A DNA stretch of 64,000 nucleotides. Source: Nitrospirota bacterium. GTDB taxonomy: Bacteria; Nitrospirota; UBA9217. The first letter of the stretch is position 1; each line of letters starts with the position of its first letter. A program made the translations under genes and the position numbers. The stretch spans positions 192,001-256,000 of the forward strand of contig CAWJQQ010000009.1 of assembly GCA_963845065.1 (NCBI GenBank), read 5' to 3'. Positions 1 through 10,395 of this stretch are shown here, one piece after another. Below the pieces are notes generated by a model. The model made no database searches. It was not told the DNA's origin and saw only the letters and a list, made by a program, of their open reading frames with translations.

Positions 1-2
1 CA

Positions 3-806
3 GGTGAGCGGCATTGCCAGGGCAGGGCCCTGTCCCTGAAGCCGACGGGCAAATTCCGCAACAAACGCACTCTTGAGTGGCGGGTTTGAGCGTGCCATGT
101 CCGCAATGCCCAGAATGAGACTCTTTGGGTCCTTAGCGGCAACCTCGGCAATCCGGTCCGCCCAATAGCCGGCCAGGTCCCGGTCCATCCGGTCAACAGC
201 GATTCGAGCCCCGATGCGCCGGAGATTCTCGATCAACGCCAGGCGCAGCATGATCGGGATTGCCCATAATTCTCCCAGCTTCAGGACAGTGACTGTCTGG
301 TAGGCCGCAAGAAAACTGCTGAGACTTTCCGGGTCTACCCGCCCGTCGCCATGCGAAATCGTCTCCAAGGCTATGTCATACACGCGCGGAAGCCCGGCAG
401 ATGGTCCATTGAGCAACCGGGGCAGCTCCCGGCTGTAACCCTTCGGCAAGTGTCGCAATGCTGTGCGGATCTGTTCTTCGATCAGATAAAAGTTATCGAG
501 CAGCCATTCAGCAGCCGGTGTAATCCTGCTATCCGTCTCGACGGCCTCTACAAGCAAACCGCGGGTTCCGGTCAGGATAGCTTCATTCTCAGCCAACCGA
601 GCCAAAAGCCGGTCTGGAGCGTGACCCGGGGAGAGCGTGTGCAGACCCGCCAAGGTTTTGCCATGCTGCTCCATCTGGTCGCTGCTGAACAATTCCGACC
701 GCAGCGGCGGCTCGTAGACGGCGCACTTTGCTTTCAGGTCGTTTCCCTGCAGGCGCGCCAGCACAGTGGGCAGGTTCCCGAGAATGGTCTTGTTACTCAA
801 CTTCAA
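3..806 (-). CDS. Cyclic beta-1,2-glucan synthase/phosphorylase (NdvB/ChvB-like), N-terminal part, runs off the window edge
   Basis: Manual translation from TTG at 806 (AAGGAG RBS): EPPLRSELFSSDQMEQHG ... ELWAIPIMLRLALIENLRR, characteristic of this family. Absent from the ORF track because it has no stop in the window. Confidence 0.85.
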   Translation of the reverse strand, partial: MKLSNKTILGNLPTVLARLQGNDLKAKCAVYEPPLRSELFSSDQMEQHGKTLAGLHTLSPGHAPDRLLARLAENEAILTGTRGLLVEAVETDSRITPAAEWLLDNFYLIEEQIRTALRHLPKGYSRELPRLLNGPSAGLPRVYDIALETISHGDGRVDPESLSSFLAAYQTVTVLKLGELWAIPIMLRLALIENLRRIGARIAVDRMDRDLAGYWADRIAEVAAKDPKSLILGIADMARSNPPLKSAFVAEFARRLQGQGPALAMPLT

Positions 807-1379
807 TGGATACGCTCCTTATGAAAAGAAAATGTCTCGCAAAGAAAAGCTGAAAACAATTCTTTCTTTAACCTTCGCGCCTTGGCGGTTCCAAGATTAT
901 TGGCTCCGGCTTGTATGGATAGATGCCTGACTTGAAATTGCTCAAAAAGAGGGGTGAATTCGGAACCGTCTGAATCTGCGCTTCTCTAGAGTGTTCAAAC
1001 ATCATACATTGTATTGAACAGAATAGCTTTAACTCGTTTTATGATAATAAAAGTGTGAACCTCCGCATACTGGACGAAGGGCCATTTTTTACTGAGATAC
1101 CCTGCCAGGAGATGTTTATTCTATCTAAATCATAGTACATGCTGAATAGAGGGAAGAGTTTGAGAAACCGTAGGTTGAGATATGCTTTGTAACACTTGCA
1201 GGAACTATTCTGCACCTTCGAAAAAATAAAACTATCGCGGACTTCAGGATGTAGTCCATGTTTTATTTTACGCTTCGCGTTATAGAGAAATAAGGTAGAA
1301 CTCGATGCTAAGCTGGTCACGAAAAGCGTTTACAATACTTGTAACTTTAAATACTGACTACTACAGCTACTCTTTACGT

Positions 1380-2060
1380 TTACTTTTTCCCGATTACAAC
1401 TCCAAATTTCCAATACTTATAAATACAATCAACATCTCTGAAACCTACCTTCTTTAATTTATTAATCTCGTTTTCAATTGACGTTTCTTTATCTAATTTT
1501 CTTCTCTTTCTCCAAGATTCAAAATCAACTTTTTTAACGTCCGATAAATTTACCAAGATGGTCTTAACCCAGATATCTTCAAATTTCTTTTCAACACGGT
1601 TATTCTCAGATTTGTATTGATCAATGTTTAAAAAATATCCGTTCTTATCCAATGAAGAATAAACATTCTTATACAATTTAAGTTTTTCACTGTCAGTTAA
1701 ATGATGAATTGAGAGTGCTGAGGCAATAAGATCATATTTATCCTCTGGCAATTTTCTTGAATAATCTTCTGTTAAGAAATCGAAATTTGACAAATGTCTA
1801 AATCGTTCTTTCGCAATGGAGAGCATTTCATCCGAAATGTCGATGAGTGTATATTTAGACCTTGGAAAATATTGGTATAGATATTGTGATAAAAGGCCAG
1901 TCCCAGCTCCTAAATCAAGAATCCTTTTAAACGTTTTTGATGATAAATAAATAATGCCGGATTGGTAATAATCCTCAAAAAATGGAAGAAATAATTTTCT
2001 CTGCGAATCATATTTTTTGGAGGCAGAATTGAACTGAGTTACTATTTCTGATTTATTCAT
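1380..2060 (-). CDS. Class I SAM-dependent methyltransferase
   Basis: ILDLGAGTG motif I and YDLIASALSIHHL; markedly AT-rich. Confidence 0.9.
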   Translation of the reverse strand: MNKSEIVTQFNSASKKYDSQRKLFLPFFEDYYQSGIIYLSSKTFKRILDLGAGTGLLSQYLYQYFPRSKYTLIDISDEMLSIAKERFRHLSNFDFLTEDYSRKLPEDKYDLIASALSIHHLTDSEKLKLYKNVYSSLDKNGYFLNIDQYKSENNRVEKKFEDIWVKTILVNLSDVKKVDFESWRKRRKLDKETSIENEINKLKKVGFRDVDCIYKYWKFGVVIGKK

Positions 2061-2418
2061 AGTACTTTTTATTTATTTTGATAATTGGAATTCCGACTTT
2101 ATTCCCCTAGTTGCTTGATTGTATGCCAGGCCCAACATTAAGTCAATTATTCAGAAAAGTGAAATAATAATTTCGGAACGAAACCTGAAATTATTTCGAA
2201 GGATGGCAACTACAACTAGTAGAGGAAGCAGTCTTGATTAAAAACTTAATAAGGTATATGTCACCTCATCTATGGCCGGGCGCGCCGCGAAGGCACCTAC
2301 AAGTCTACAGCATGGAGCGACATATGGGAGATGAAGAATATTGGTTGAAAGTTACACTATCGTAAGATACGTCGATGAACTCTTTAAATGTATCGGTTGA
2401 GAATTAAATCATTAGAGT

Positions 2419-2937
2419 TTAGTCACCACAGTCAAACCTTACTACCGTCCATGAGATAGCGTCATTCGAAACAGTAAATGTAAGTTCGATGGTTCCCACA
2501 ACATGTCCGTCGTCATATTCTGCAATTACGCGGTTTTTACTTAAAACAGCTATTCCATTTGGGTTATAAAATCCTGGAGTGCCGCCGACAAAACCTTTGC
2601 ATGGAATTAATTCATTATGTTTCATCAAATCTTCAGATAAATCTTTTATCGGATCATGAAGCCCCTGTTCGATAAGAAACTGGCGGTCTGCTTCTGGCAG
2701 TTGTTTCTTTCTGCCTTGACTCGGTTCTTTGGTCAAAGGGACTTGAATAGATTCTGGTAGATTCGTACTTATGGGAGCACTCTCAATAGCTGGTGACACT
2801 TGTCGTGGTACTTTTTTGATGGATATTTGGTAATGTTTTACACGTACTACCACGACAAATACCATTAAAAGAAAGCATATAACAATGATAGCTCTCTTCA
2901 TAAAACAAGCTGGTCGCTTTTTTTTGTTGGTTTTCAT
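2419..2937 (-). CDS. Hypothetical protein with N-terminal membrane anchor
   Basis: 172-aa ORF with one hydrophobic N-terminal helix. Confidence 0.65.
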   Translation of the reverse strand: MKTNKKKRPACFMKRAIIVICFLLMVFVVVVRVKHYQISIKKVPRQVSPAIESAPISTNLPESIQVPLTKEPSQGRKKQLPEADRQFLIEQGLHDPIKDLSEDLMKHNELIPCKGFVGGTPGFYNPNGIAVLSKNRVIAEYDDGHVVGTIELTFTVSNDAISWTVVRFDCGD

Positions 2938-3444
2938 TATAATTATTCTACTTCAAGGATCTTAGCGATCCGACCGGTACCTAAGAGGTCTCAACTGCAT
3001 ACGACCATACGGGGTGAGCGCCACGAATCTCCATAATGTCACTTCAGTCGTTTCAGTTCCGATGCCGCGCCGGCGTATTCGAAGTAGTCTGGTGGACATT
3101 CGCTTTCCACTCACCACTGACCCAAGCGAGAATGGCTCGACAGCCCTGATTAGACCTGCGTTTTTCCTTTGGTGTAGGTTCTGTAATCGTCCACGTTGAA
3201 AGAAGGTCCGGATTTTCTATTAATTCCTTTTCATCTGTAAAGTCTATTTACCGGCTAGGCCATGGATATCGCACGTAAATCAGGAAGCATATTCCCAGAC
3301 TTGCCATCATAAACACCACATAAGGTAATTTGAATACCCTGCGCTGTTACAGATTTAATGACGGGCTTTCCTATATAAAAAGAGGCAGCTTTCCAGCTAC
3401 CCCATTATAAGTTTATGCCGATAACTTGCTGCGTAATCCGATGG

Positions 3445-4941
3445 TTAAAAAGTTACTGTCAGTATTGCCGTGTCAGAAGTGATTCCCGAGAAACTCGCGG
3501 TAATGTTCGTAGAATCGGGAAGAGGGCTGACTAAGGAAATAGTTGCCAATCCTTTGGTACCCGTTATATTGCTAATGGTAGCTACTGACGTATTTGACGA
3601 AACCCACGTAACCGATGCAGTCAAGTCTTGCAGGCTTCCATTGGTAAAAGTACCTGTTGCCGTAAACTGCTGTGTTGTTTTACCGGCGGCAAGTGAAATC
3701 GCGGCAGAAGCCGGCGATACTGTGATTGACACCAGTGCAGCCGGAGTTATTGTAAGCGTTGCGCTATTGGAGGTAATTCCTGATAAACTCGCTGTAATGG
3801 CAGTCGTTCCCTGCCCAACAGATATGGCCAGTCCTTTTGAACTTGAGATATTGCTGATGGTTGCGACGCTGGGTTGTGACGCATTCCAGGTCACTAAAGA
3901 TGTGATGTCAGGCATGCTGCCGTCTGAGTACGACGCGATCGCTCTATACTGTTGAGTCAGTCCGAGGGAGATGCTCTGGGTAATTGGCGTTATTGCAATG
4001 GACTGCAGAACCGGTTGGGTCACCGTGAGCACGGCAACAGGTGATGAGGTGACATTATCGAAAACAGCAGCGATGTTCGTGGTTCCAACTGCAAGAGCAG
4101 TGGCGAGCCCGTTTGATCCAGTTGCATTGCTGATCGTGGAGACAGACGTGCTCGATGAATTCCAGGTCGCCCACGTGGTCAGACTCTGCGTATTGCTGTC
4201 CATTAACGTTCCAGTTGCTGTAAACTGCTGTGTAAATCCTTGGAGCACGTTTACGGTGATCGGCGCCACCGCAATTGCTTGCACAGGGGAAGAGGTAAGC
4301 GTTGCTGAGCCGGTAACCCCGTCGAACCCAGCCTGAATAGTTGCCTGTCCGGAAGTGGAACCGGCAGTAGCCAGGCCCTTCGAACCAGCCGCATCGCTGA
4401 CTGTCCCACTTCCTGTATTCAAAGCCGTCCAGGTGGCAAAGGGTGTAAGGTTCTGAGTCATACTACCGCCGGCAAGGGCCCCCGTGGCAGTAAACTGCTG
4501 CGTGGTGCCAGGAGCGATGCTGGCCGGAGTTGACGGCGTTACCGCAATCGATGACACGTGCTGTGCGCTTAAGGTGGTCGTGCCTATAATGCTGCTCGAA
4601 ACTGCGGTGATCGTTGTCGTTCCTATGCTCGCCAGCGCCGTTGCTAGGCCCGGTGATCCAACGGCGTTGCTGATGGTCGCGACACTGGTATTTGTGGAAT
4701 TCCATGTTGCAGTCGTTGTAATGTTCTGTATGCTGCCATTCGAGAACGTACCCGTGGCTGTGAGTTGCGCGGTGGTCCCGGGGGCAATGCTCGAGTTTGC
4801 AGGTGTCACTGATATAGAAACAAGTATAACAGGAGGGCCTGGGGTTGACCCGGCGGGTCCGCAGCCCTGCAGAAAAATCGAAAAAAGCATTGCTGTAGTT
4901 GCCAGGCTGATGTTGATCCGTGCTCGAAGCCTCTTATTCAT
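3445..4941 (-). CDS. Lipoprotein with tandem bacterial Ig-like (Big_2) repeats
   Basis: Start re-called at MNKRLR. Lipobox-like FLQGC, then about 5 repeats of SIxVxP...QQFTATGT...TWxSS...VATISN...GLA. Confidence 0.85.
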   Translation of the reverse strand: MNKRLRARINISLATTAMLFSIFLQGCGPAGSTPGPPVILVSISVTPANSSIAPGTTAQLTATGTFSNGSIQNITTTATWNSTNTSVATISNAVGSPGLATALASIGTTTITAVSSSIIGTTTLSAQHVSSIAVTPSTPASIAPGTTQQFTATGALAGGSMTQNLTPFATWTALNTGSGTVSDAAGSKGLATAGSTSGQATIQAGFDGVTGSATLTSSPVQAIAVAPITVNVLQGFTQQFTATGTLMDSNTQSLTTWATWNSSSTSVSTISNATGSNGLATALAVGTTNIAAVFDNVTSSPVAVLTVTQPVLQSIAITPITQSISLGLTQQYRAIASYSDGSMPDITSLVTWNASQPSVATISNISSSKGLAISVGQGTTAITASLSGITSNSATLTITPAALVSITVSPASAAISLAAGKTTQQFTATGTFTNGSLQDLTASVTWVSSNTSVATISNITGTKGLATISLVSPLPDSTNITASFSGITSDTAILTVTF

Positions 4942-5176
4942 GACCCATCTCCGACAAGTGCAGTAGTAATTATAGCAGCTTCTTTGGCTTAACGCGAATG
5001 TTGACAACAACAAGCTGCTGCTATCTTCTGCATATCCACCCGTTGCAGTCCTATGCAGCAACGGCAAGGGCCTCCCATCGCCACTAACATACTTTGTGAA
5101 TAGATTTCCGTTTAACGACTGCCAACTCGTGATTATCATCATTGACCTGTTTATACAATTGCCAGCCCACGCGTCT

Positions 5177-5335
5177 CTACTTTGATACCTTGTTTACAGT
5201 GCCGCGACCTGACTCAGTCCAGTAGATACTGGTGGAATCGACGCAATATTTTGGGGGAAAAACAGTCCTGAGGCGACGGTCGTAAATGTCCCTCCGTTTA
5301 TCCCGACTTTACTTATTACTCCGCTATGTCTGTAG
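5177..5335 (-). pseudogene. C-terminal remnant of a beta-propeller repeat protein
   Basis: Manual translation SGVISKVGINGGTFTTVASGLFFPQNIA / frameshift / DSTSIYWTESGRGTVNKVSK*; abuts the truncated tnpB. Confidence 0.55.
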
Positions 5336-6184
5336 ACCACCTCGATAAAATAACTATGGGTAGCGATCTCGGAGTAGTGGTCAACGTAGCTTTAAGTGAC
5401 GGCACAAAGCATGACTTTATCGAGGGACAAAAGAAAAATCTTCTCAAAAAGGAATGGCGTCGAAAGCGTTATCAAAAGCAGATAGCACGCTGCGCGAAAA
5501 AATCCGGGCGCTGGAAAAAGAAGGTCGAGAAAGCAGCACGCTGCCACCAGTATGCTGCTCATGTTCGAGAAGATTTCGCCCATAAGACAAGCAGAACAAT
5601 TGTTGATTCCGATGCTGAAATATTCGTATTCGAGGACCTTAAAACCAGGAATATGACGAAGGCGCCAAAACCCAATAAATCGGCTAACGGCAAGTATTTG
5701 CCAAACGGCGCCGCGGCAAAGGCCGGGCTCAATAGGGCCATTCTAGAATCGGCCTGGGGGAAAATAAAGCAGTTTGTCTTATACAAAGCAAGGAGGGCCA
5801 ATAAGCTTGTAATAATGGTACCACCGCAGGGCACATCGCAGGAGTGTTCGAAGTGTTCGCACACTCACCCGGACAATCGCCGCTCTCAGGCCTTGTTCGT
5901 ATGCCAACAATGCGGCTTTACTGGAAACGCAGACATCAACGCTGCTAACATTATTAAAAAGAGAGGGATCAAACTGTTAGTAGAGGGAGAAATTTTAGTA
6001 AAGCAGACAAAGCGTGCTATGCGGTTAAGAAAAAAGAAACACCTAGGGCCGGAACAGCCCGAAGTAACGCGCGGGGAGATGGAATTAGACGAGTTGCGGG
6101 CCACTGTCTGCAGCGCGCATCCGTCATCGAATCGTGAAACCCCCACTACAATTGCGCAAGCTGTTTAGTGGCGGGAGAGTCCAT
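5326..6184 (+). mobile_element. tnpB: 5'-truncated IS200/IS605-family element: TnpB C-terminal half (5326..6168) plus right end
   Basis: RuvC motifs GSDLGV, FVFEDL, NADINAA and zinc ribbon CSKC...CQQC. N-terminal domains are missing. Terminal hairpin ccccacta...tagtggcggg. Confidence 0.85.
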
Positions 6185-6426
6185 ATAACTGGTTGCAACT
6201 GGCGCATGAGCGCCGCCTAGATAGGGCCTCGTTGGGATCATTGGGACTTTGGATTGCTTTTCAATGAGACTCTCGTTCTGCGAATGGTTGCAAAATATAT
6301 AGCTGGCATTAACGAAAACAATATCCAATTGACGAAAAGCCACTTAATTCATAGGCGGACTACGAGGTGTCCACGTTGTTGAATGGGTATTTGCAGAGTA
6401 GTATGTCAGCGAATTTGGAGTGGAAC

Positions 6427-6648
6427 TCAAGAAGATCGTTTCAATTGTTTTTTTATAACAGAGAGCTCTTTAGCATATTGTGCATGCCGTTCCGCTATAG
6501 GTTTGGCAAGTTCTTTTTTCATAAACTCAACAGCTTCCTCAGGTGACTTAAACGAATTAATCTTGTCCACGGCCGCATCCAAAAAAAGCATCATGGACGT
6601 TGTGTCGTCGATGTTCTCTACTTTGATTATTTTCTCTATCATCGCCAT
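6427..6648 (-). CDS. Small hypothetical protein
   Basis: 73-aa ORF with plausible helical, protein-like composition. Confidence 0.4.
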   Translation of the reverse strand: MAMIEKIIKVENIDDTTSMMLFLDAAVDKINSFKSPEEAVEFMKKELAKPIAERHAQYAKELSVIKKQLKRSS

Positions 6649-6787
6649 GCTTGAAATATATCACACTTTTTGCCTATAAGCTTCACGCTTAAATATGACA
6701 GATACCTATATCACAAAATGCCCTTTATATGATTATCATGATATAAGATGAATTCCGAACCTTCGCTAATATTATATGAAACTCGAC

Positions 6788-6831
6788 TTCACCTACTATT
6801 TTGCAACGGCGACCGATAAATAGGAGATGCA
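6788..6831. repeat. 44-bp dispersed repeat, copy 1 (copy 2 at 40177..40220)
   Basis: ttcacctactattttgcaacggcgaccgataaataggagatgca; 40/44 identical to copy 2 by eye. Confidence 0.8.
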
Positions 6832-7044
6832 AAAAACTTGTTAAAAATTCTACATGACTGGCCAGGTGGGCGGTTCAATCGGTCATCCCAAATGGTTAGC
6901 TTAATGTTGGTTTTCTCAACTTTGCCCGGCTCAGGTGACTATAAGGACGCTAGGGCTCAAAATTCATCTCTTATGGGTAGGATCAATCAAAGAAAGATCT
7001 CCTGAAATGCCAGCGCAGGTTGTCGATGTTGCTTCGCGGAAAGT

Positions 7045-7356
7045 TCAGAGATCCAATGCGAAAAATATTGCATTTCGGATTCCACCAAACTTTTGTTTTG
7101 ATAAAGTCGTGATCAGAGCGCCAATGTTTGATTTTGAAACGGTCTGTATGTGATCGCAATTAATTGCGCAATCGCTATTCATACCATCCTGTAGGGTCAA
7201 GAGCACTTCGCTCGGGATATCTCGTATTGTTGAGGTTATCGGAGCAACAGTAACTTCGCCCAAGTATTCCAAAACAGAATTCCTCGTTAAAATGACTACA
7301 GGACGTTTTTTATCAGGGTGTTTGAACTTGTACCATCTCACTTCGCCTCGTTTCAT
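7045..7356 (-). CDS. mazF: Type II toxin, PemK/MazF family endoribonuclease
   Basis: MKRGEVRW...KKRPVVIL...VTVAPITS signature. Confidence 0.92.
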   Translation of the reverse strand: MKRGEVRWYKFKHPDKKRPVVILTRNSVLEYLGEVTVAPITSTIRDIPSEVLLTLQDGMNSDCAINCDHIQTVSKSNIGALITTLSKQKFGGIRNAIFFALDL

Positions 7357-7586
7357 AAATCACCCCATTCTTGCTCTGATTCCCAGACATTAAATTCCGC
7401 CTTGCCAACAGGGTGTTGCCCATAACCTTTTTTATGCTTTTTTTCAAGCAGGTCAATATTGACCTGCTTGAGAGCATTCCTTAATGCCTTGCGCGCAAAA
7501 GCGGATCGGGTTGTTTTTAATTTTTTGACAACCTGGTCAACGGTTGCGACTAGTTCATCATCTAAAGTCATCTGTATTGTCTTCAT
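7353..7586 (-). CDS. Ribbon-helix-helix (CopG-type) antitoxin
   Basis: Start re-called at MKTIQMTLDDELV; RSAFARKAL; 4-bp overlap with the toxin gene. Confidence 0.85.
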   Translation of the reverse strand: MKTIQMTLDDELVATVDQVVKKLKTTRSAFARKALRNALKQVNIDLLEKKHKKGYGQHPVGKAEFNVWESEQEWGDL

Positions 7587-8671
7587 GATACCCCTCCCGC
7601 AATGTGGATGCTTATAGCTATAATAATCCACATTGCATCCTGTGTCAAGGCTGAGGGTAATCAGGCTGAGGGCAATCATTTTATTCAGGAAGTAGTGCGT
7701 GCGAGTGCATTTTCACCGATTCATGAGTGGCATCTCGACAAATGGGACGCACCAGGAATTCGTTTATGTGAAGATTATCGTGCTGGAACCCGCTTCTTTA
7801 CACCATATTAGCAGCCTCGGATCGCACCTCTGGCAGGGCGTCATAATAGCCCTGACTCCGGTAGATTCTGCTTCCCGATGCGCGCTATCGCCATCGTCGT
7901 GTGCCAGATCTCGGGACTGACTGTTTTGAGGCCGCCCCCATCCAGGAGCAAGGGCAAATGATCGTTGGTTTGAAGGTTATGTGATTTCGGTTGCGATCAC
8001 TAATTGGTATGCAGTATGAATTATTCGGACTTAGCCGGAGATTTTGAGTAAACCATAAAATTGTTGCATGAAGAATCAGCAATACAGAGGACATACAGCA
8101 TTCAGCAAGGCGGTGAGGAACTCCTTCTGTCATTCGCAACGAGTAATTGGCAGATTTCATCCTCAGAATGGCCAGACTTGCCAAATCACGATATAGGTGC
8201 TATATTATAATCCTAAGGTTGTAGGAAGGGAGATGATTCTATAGCGGTTGATAAATAAAAAGGCAATAAAATCATACTTCTGTATATATCTGTCATTTAT
8301 AGGCTACTTGTAAATGACGAATCCTTTCATGTAGTCCGCGGCGTAAAGCCTGCAGTATCTCGAAGTAAGAACACTGAAAACTTAATATAACGGTACCACC
8401 ATGCGGTGAAGTCCTATCGACCGTCGATTTCAACTATTCGGCGGATCGGAGGCTTAACATTGTTACTGTTTCTGCACGTTCTGTTAAAGAATATGGCAGA
8501 AGCGTTGTATGGGTGTCCTGTAAAGTTGGGCGTTTCCAGTTTAGGGAGAACCTCATGTGTGGGACTGTTTTTTTGCAAAATTACGGGAAGTCTCCGGAGG
8601 AGGAAATTTCACAGAGCTTTGTTGAAGTCGTTATTCAAGGGAAAAAATAAAAAAACAAAGGAGATACTATA

Positions 8672-9505
8672 TTGGTCAATCTAACAGATCTCGCAAGTAG
8701 ATATAGAGTGATAGTGGACACTTCTAGTCTGATGGAACCCAGGGCGGAATTGTTTTTCATCAAGACAATGCCGCCGGCCTTTAAACATTACCAAGCTAAG
8801 CTCTTAATATACTCATGTGTAGCAAGGGAGGTAGATAATCACATTTACTCGAAAAAACTGCATAAGCGAAGAGCAGCCCAAAATGCCGTACTCATTGTCA
8901 AAGACTTAACGACGCAGCGGCTTTCGGAACTAGTTGAGGACGATGGGATATTCGCAGACTATGTCATCTATTATGAAGTATTCCGACTACGTAGAGACCA
9001 TAACGTCGCATTGATTTCACAGGACCAAGATTTATCCTACGATGTTCTTGGGATCAAAAACATACGGTCGTCCCGATACAATACAGATATTCAGGCTTTC
9101 CGGATAAATAATTCAGGCGGATTGATGAGTTGGACAAACTCGTTGACACTCATTGACGAGGTTAAGTCGATGGATGATACAGCTAAATGTCGGCAAATGC
9201 TTCCAAGAAATATGGTAGTTGTACCCGCAAGTTGCTCAAACAAAGCGATTCAGATTTCGAAGACTTTACCGCCACAAAAGAACTTGCATACTGTAAACCG
9301 TGCGAATCAAGAAGCGCTTGAGGAAAAGCACAAAGCCGAAGCAGAAGTTTTTTTTCAACAAACATTAATAACCACACCCGGTTCGGTAAGCCAGAAATCC
9401 ACTAAGGAGCGAAGACTTGAGAGCAGTAATTTTCTTGAAAGATTTCTTAGAACTGTTTCTGGAACCTTCAGCCATCAAGGGCCAAGAATAGGGGGCCGCC
9501 GTTAG
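8672..9505 (+). CDS. PIN-domain protein with low-complexity C-terminal tail
   Basis: VIVDTSSLM, VAREV, FADYVI and LISQDQDL give the PIN acidic-residue pattern; AAGGAG RBS before a TTG start. Confidence 0.7.
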   Translation: MVNLTDLASRYRVIVDTSSLMEPRAELFFIKTMPPAFKHYQAKLLIYSCVAREVDNHIYSKKLHKRRAAQNAVLIVKDLTTQRLSELVEDDGIFADYVIYYEVFRLRRDHNVALISQDQDLSYDVLGIKNIRSSRYNTDIQAFRINNSGGLMSWTNSLTLIDEVKSMDDTAKCRQMLPRNMVVVPASCSNKAIQISKTLPPQKNLHTVNRANQEALEEKHKAEAEVFFQQTLITTPGSVSQKSTKERRLESSNFLERFLRTVSGTFSHQGPRIGGRR

Positions 9506-9608
9506 TCATTTGATCGATTGCAAAATGTAGTTGCCAATGCGTAGGCGAGGATGTCCATAACCGGCAAATCTTTTTATACCAGTTACGATCACAGGAGAAG
9601 GGGGCACT

Positions 9609-9833
9609 ATGAAAAGGATCCGGCAGATCGACAGAAAAGACTTAATTATGTTAACTCTGATGAAAGCCTTTGACAAGATCCCTAAATTTAAAACGAATGA
9701 GGAGATAACTGAGTGGCTCAGGAAAGAAAATGCTCGGCCAAAGGAGGAAAGAATTACAGAAGCACACAAAGCTTTTGAGGAAGTCAGAAAAGAACTAGAG
9801 CAATGCGACGAACAGCATAATAAGATTCATTAA
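9609..9833 (+). CDS. Small charged helical hypothetical protein
   Basis: 74 aa, RBS present, co-oriented between the PIN and Cas4-like genes. Confidence 0.6.
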   Translation: MKRIRQIDRKDLIMLTLMKAFDKIPKFKTNEEITEWLRKENARPKEERITEAHKAFEEVRKELEQCDEQHNKIH

Positions 9834-9865
9834 TCCAAGGGTCATGATCGAAAGGAGAAGAACGA

Positions 9866-10279
9866 ATGAACAAGAAAGCGACAATCGGAGTTTATGAGGT
9901 GATGAACGTTGAACGCAATAGAGTCATAGAGTGTAAAAGCTCTAGCGTGGATGGAAAGCCGCTATGGGCCGGGATGCTTCATCTAGCAATTCAGATGAAG
10001 GTCAGTGGAGCTAGCGAGGGCGAACTGCGTTATACCGACAACAAGACATTCAGTTTCACTCAGAACAGTGAAGAAATCCAAGTAGCTACAAAGCAAGTTT
10101 TAGATCTTGTGGCGAAGATGAAGTCGCATCTCCTTTCAAAAATTACGCGAGGGGCGTTACTGACAAGGCGTCCTTGCGATGTATGTACTTTCAGTAAGGA
10201 ATGTCCGGAGGATACTCGACGATCGTGCAAAAACATAAGCAACAACTGTAAAATCGATTTTACAGATAACAATTATTAG
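9866..10279 (+). CDS. Cas4-like / PD-(D/E)XK nuclease-like protein with C-terminal Cys cluster
   Basis: VIECKSS (ExK motif), GELRY and C-terminal PCDVCTFSKEC (CxxCx5C); AGGAG RBS. Confidence 0.55.
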   Translation: MNKKATIGVYEVMNVERNRVIECKSSSVDGKPLWAGMLHLAIQMKVSGASEGELRYTDNKTFSFTQNSEEIQVATKQVLDLVAKMKSHLLSKITRGALLTRRPCDVCTFSKECPEDTRRSCKNISNNCKIDFTDNNY

Positions 10280-10325
10280 AAGACAGGCTGCCGCGCTCAT
10301 AAAAAAAAAGCAGGCAGCCTGTCTT
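10280..10325 (+). terminator. 13-bp inverted repeat closing the PIN operon
   Basis: aagacaggctgcc ... ggcagcctgtctt immediately after the stop codon. Confidence 0.65.
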
Positions 10326-10395
10326 GTTATTACACGATAATTGTTTTTGGCAGTTTCAACACTTGTGAAGGGGATGTCCGTTTAGTTACGCTTTT
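10313..10395. repeat. About 80-bp direct repeat, copy 1 (copy 2 at 17158..17238)
   Basis: Shared gcagtttcaacac(t/a)tgtgaaggggatgtccg(t/a)ttagttacgctttt core. Confidence 0.85.

Noticed and set aside
351..824. 157-aa plus-strand ORF
   Set aside because: It is the antisense shadow of the glucan synthase gene. Most short ORFs overlapping long genes were rejected for the same reason.
3410..3425. Sigma28 promoters at GCCGATAA near 3417, 39171 and 44285
   Set aside because: None has a TAAA-like -35 box at 15-bp spacing.
7629..7678. 15-bp duplication ggctgaggg(t/c)aatca
   Set aside because: Only two short copies, with no supporting context.
8330..10279. Retron or DGR
   Set aside because: No reverse transcriptase is encoded anywhere in the window.
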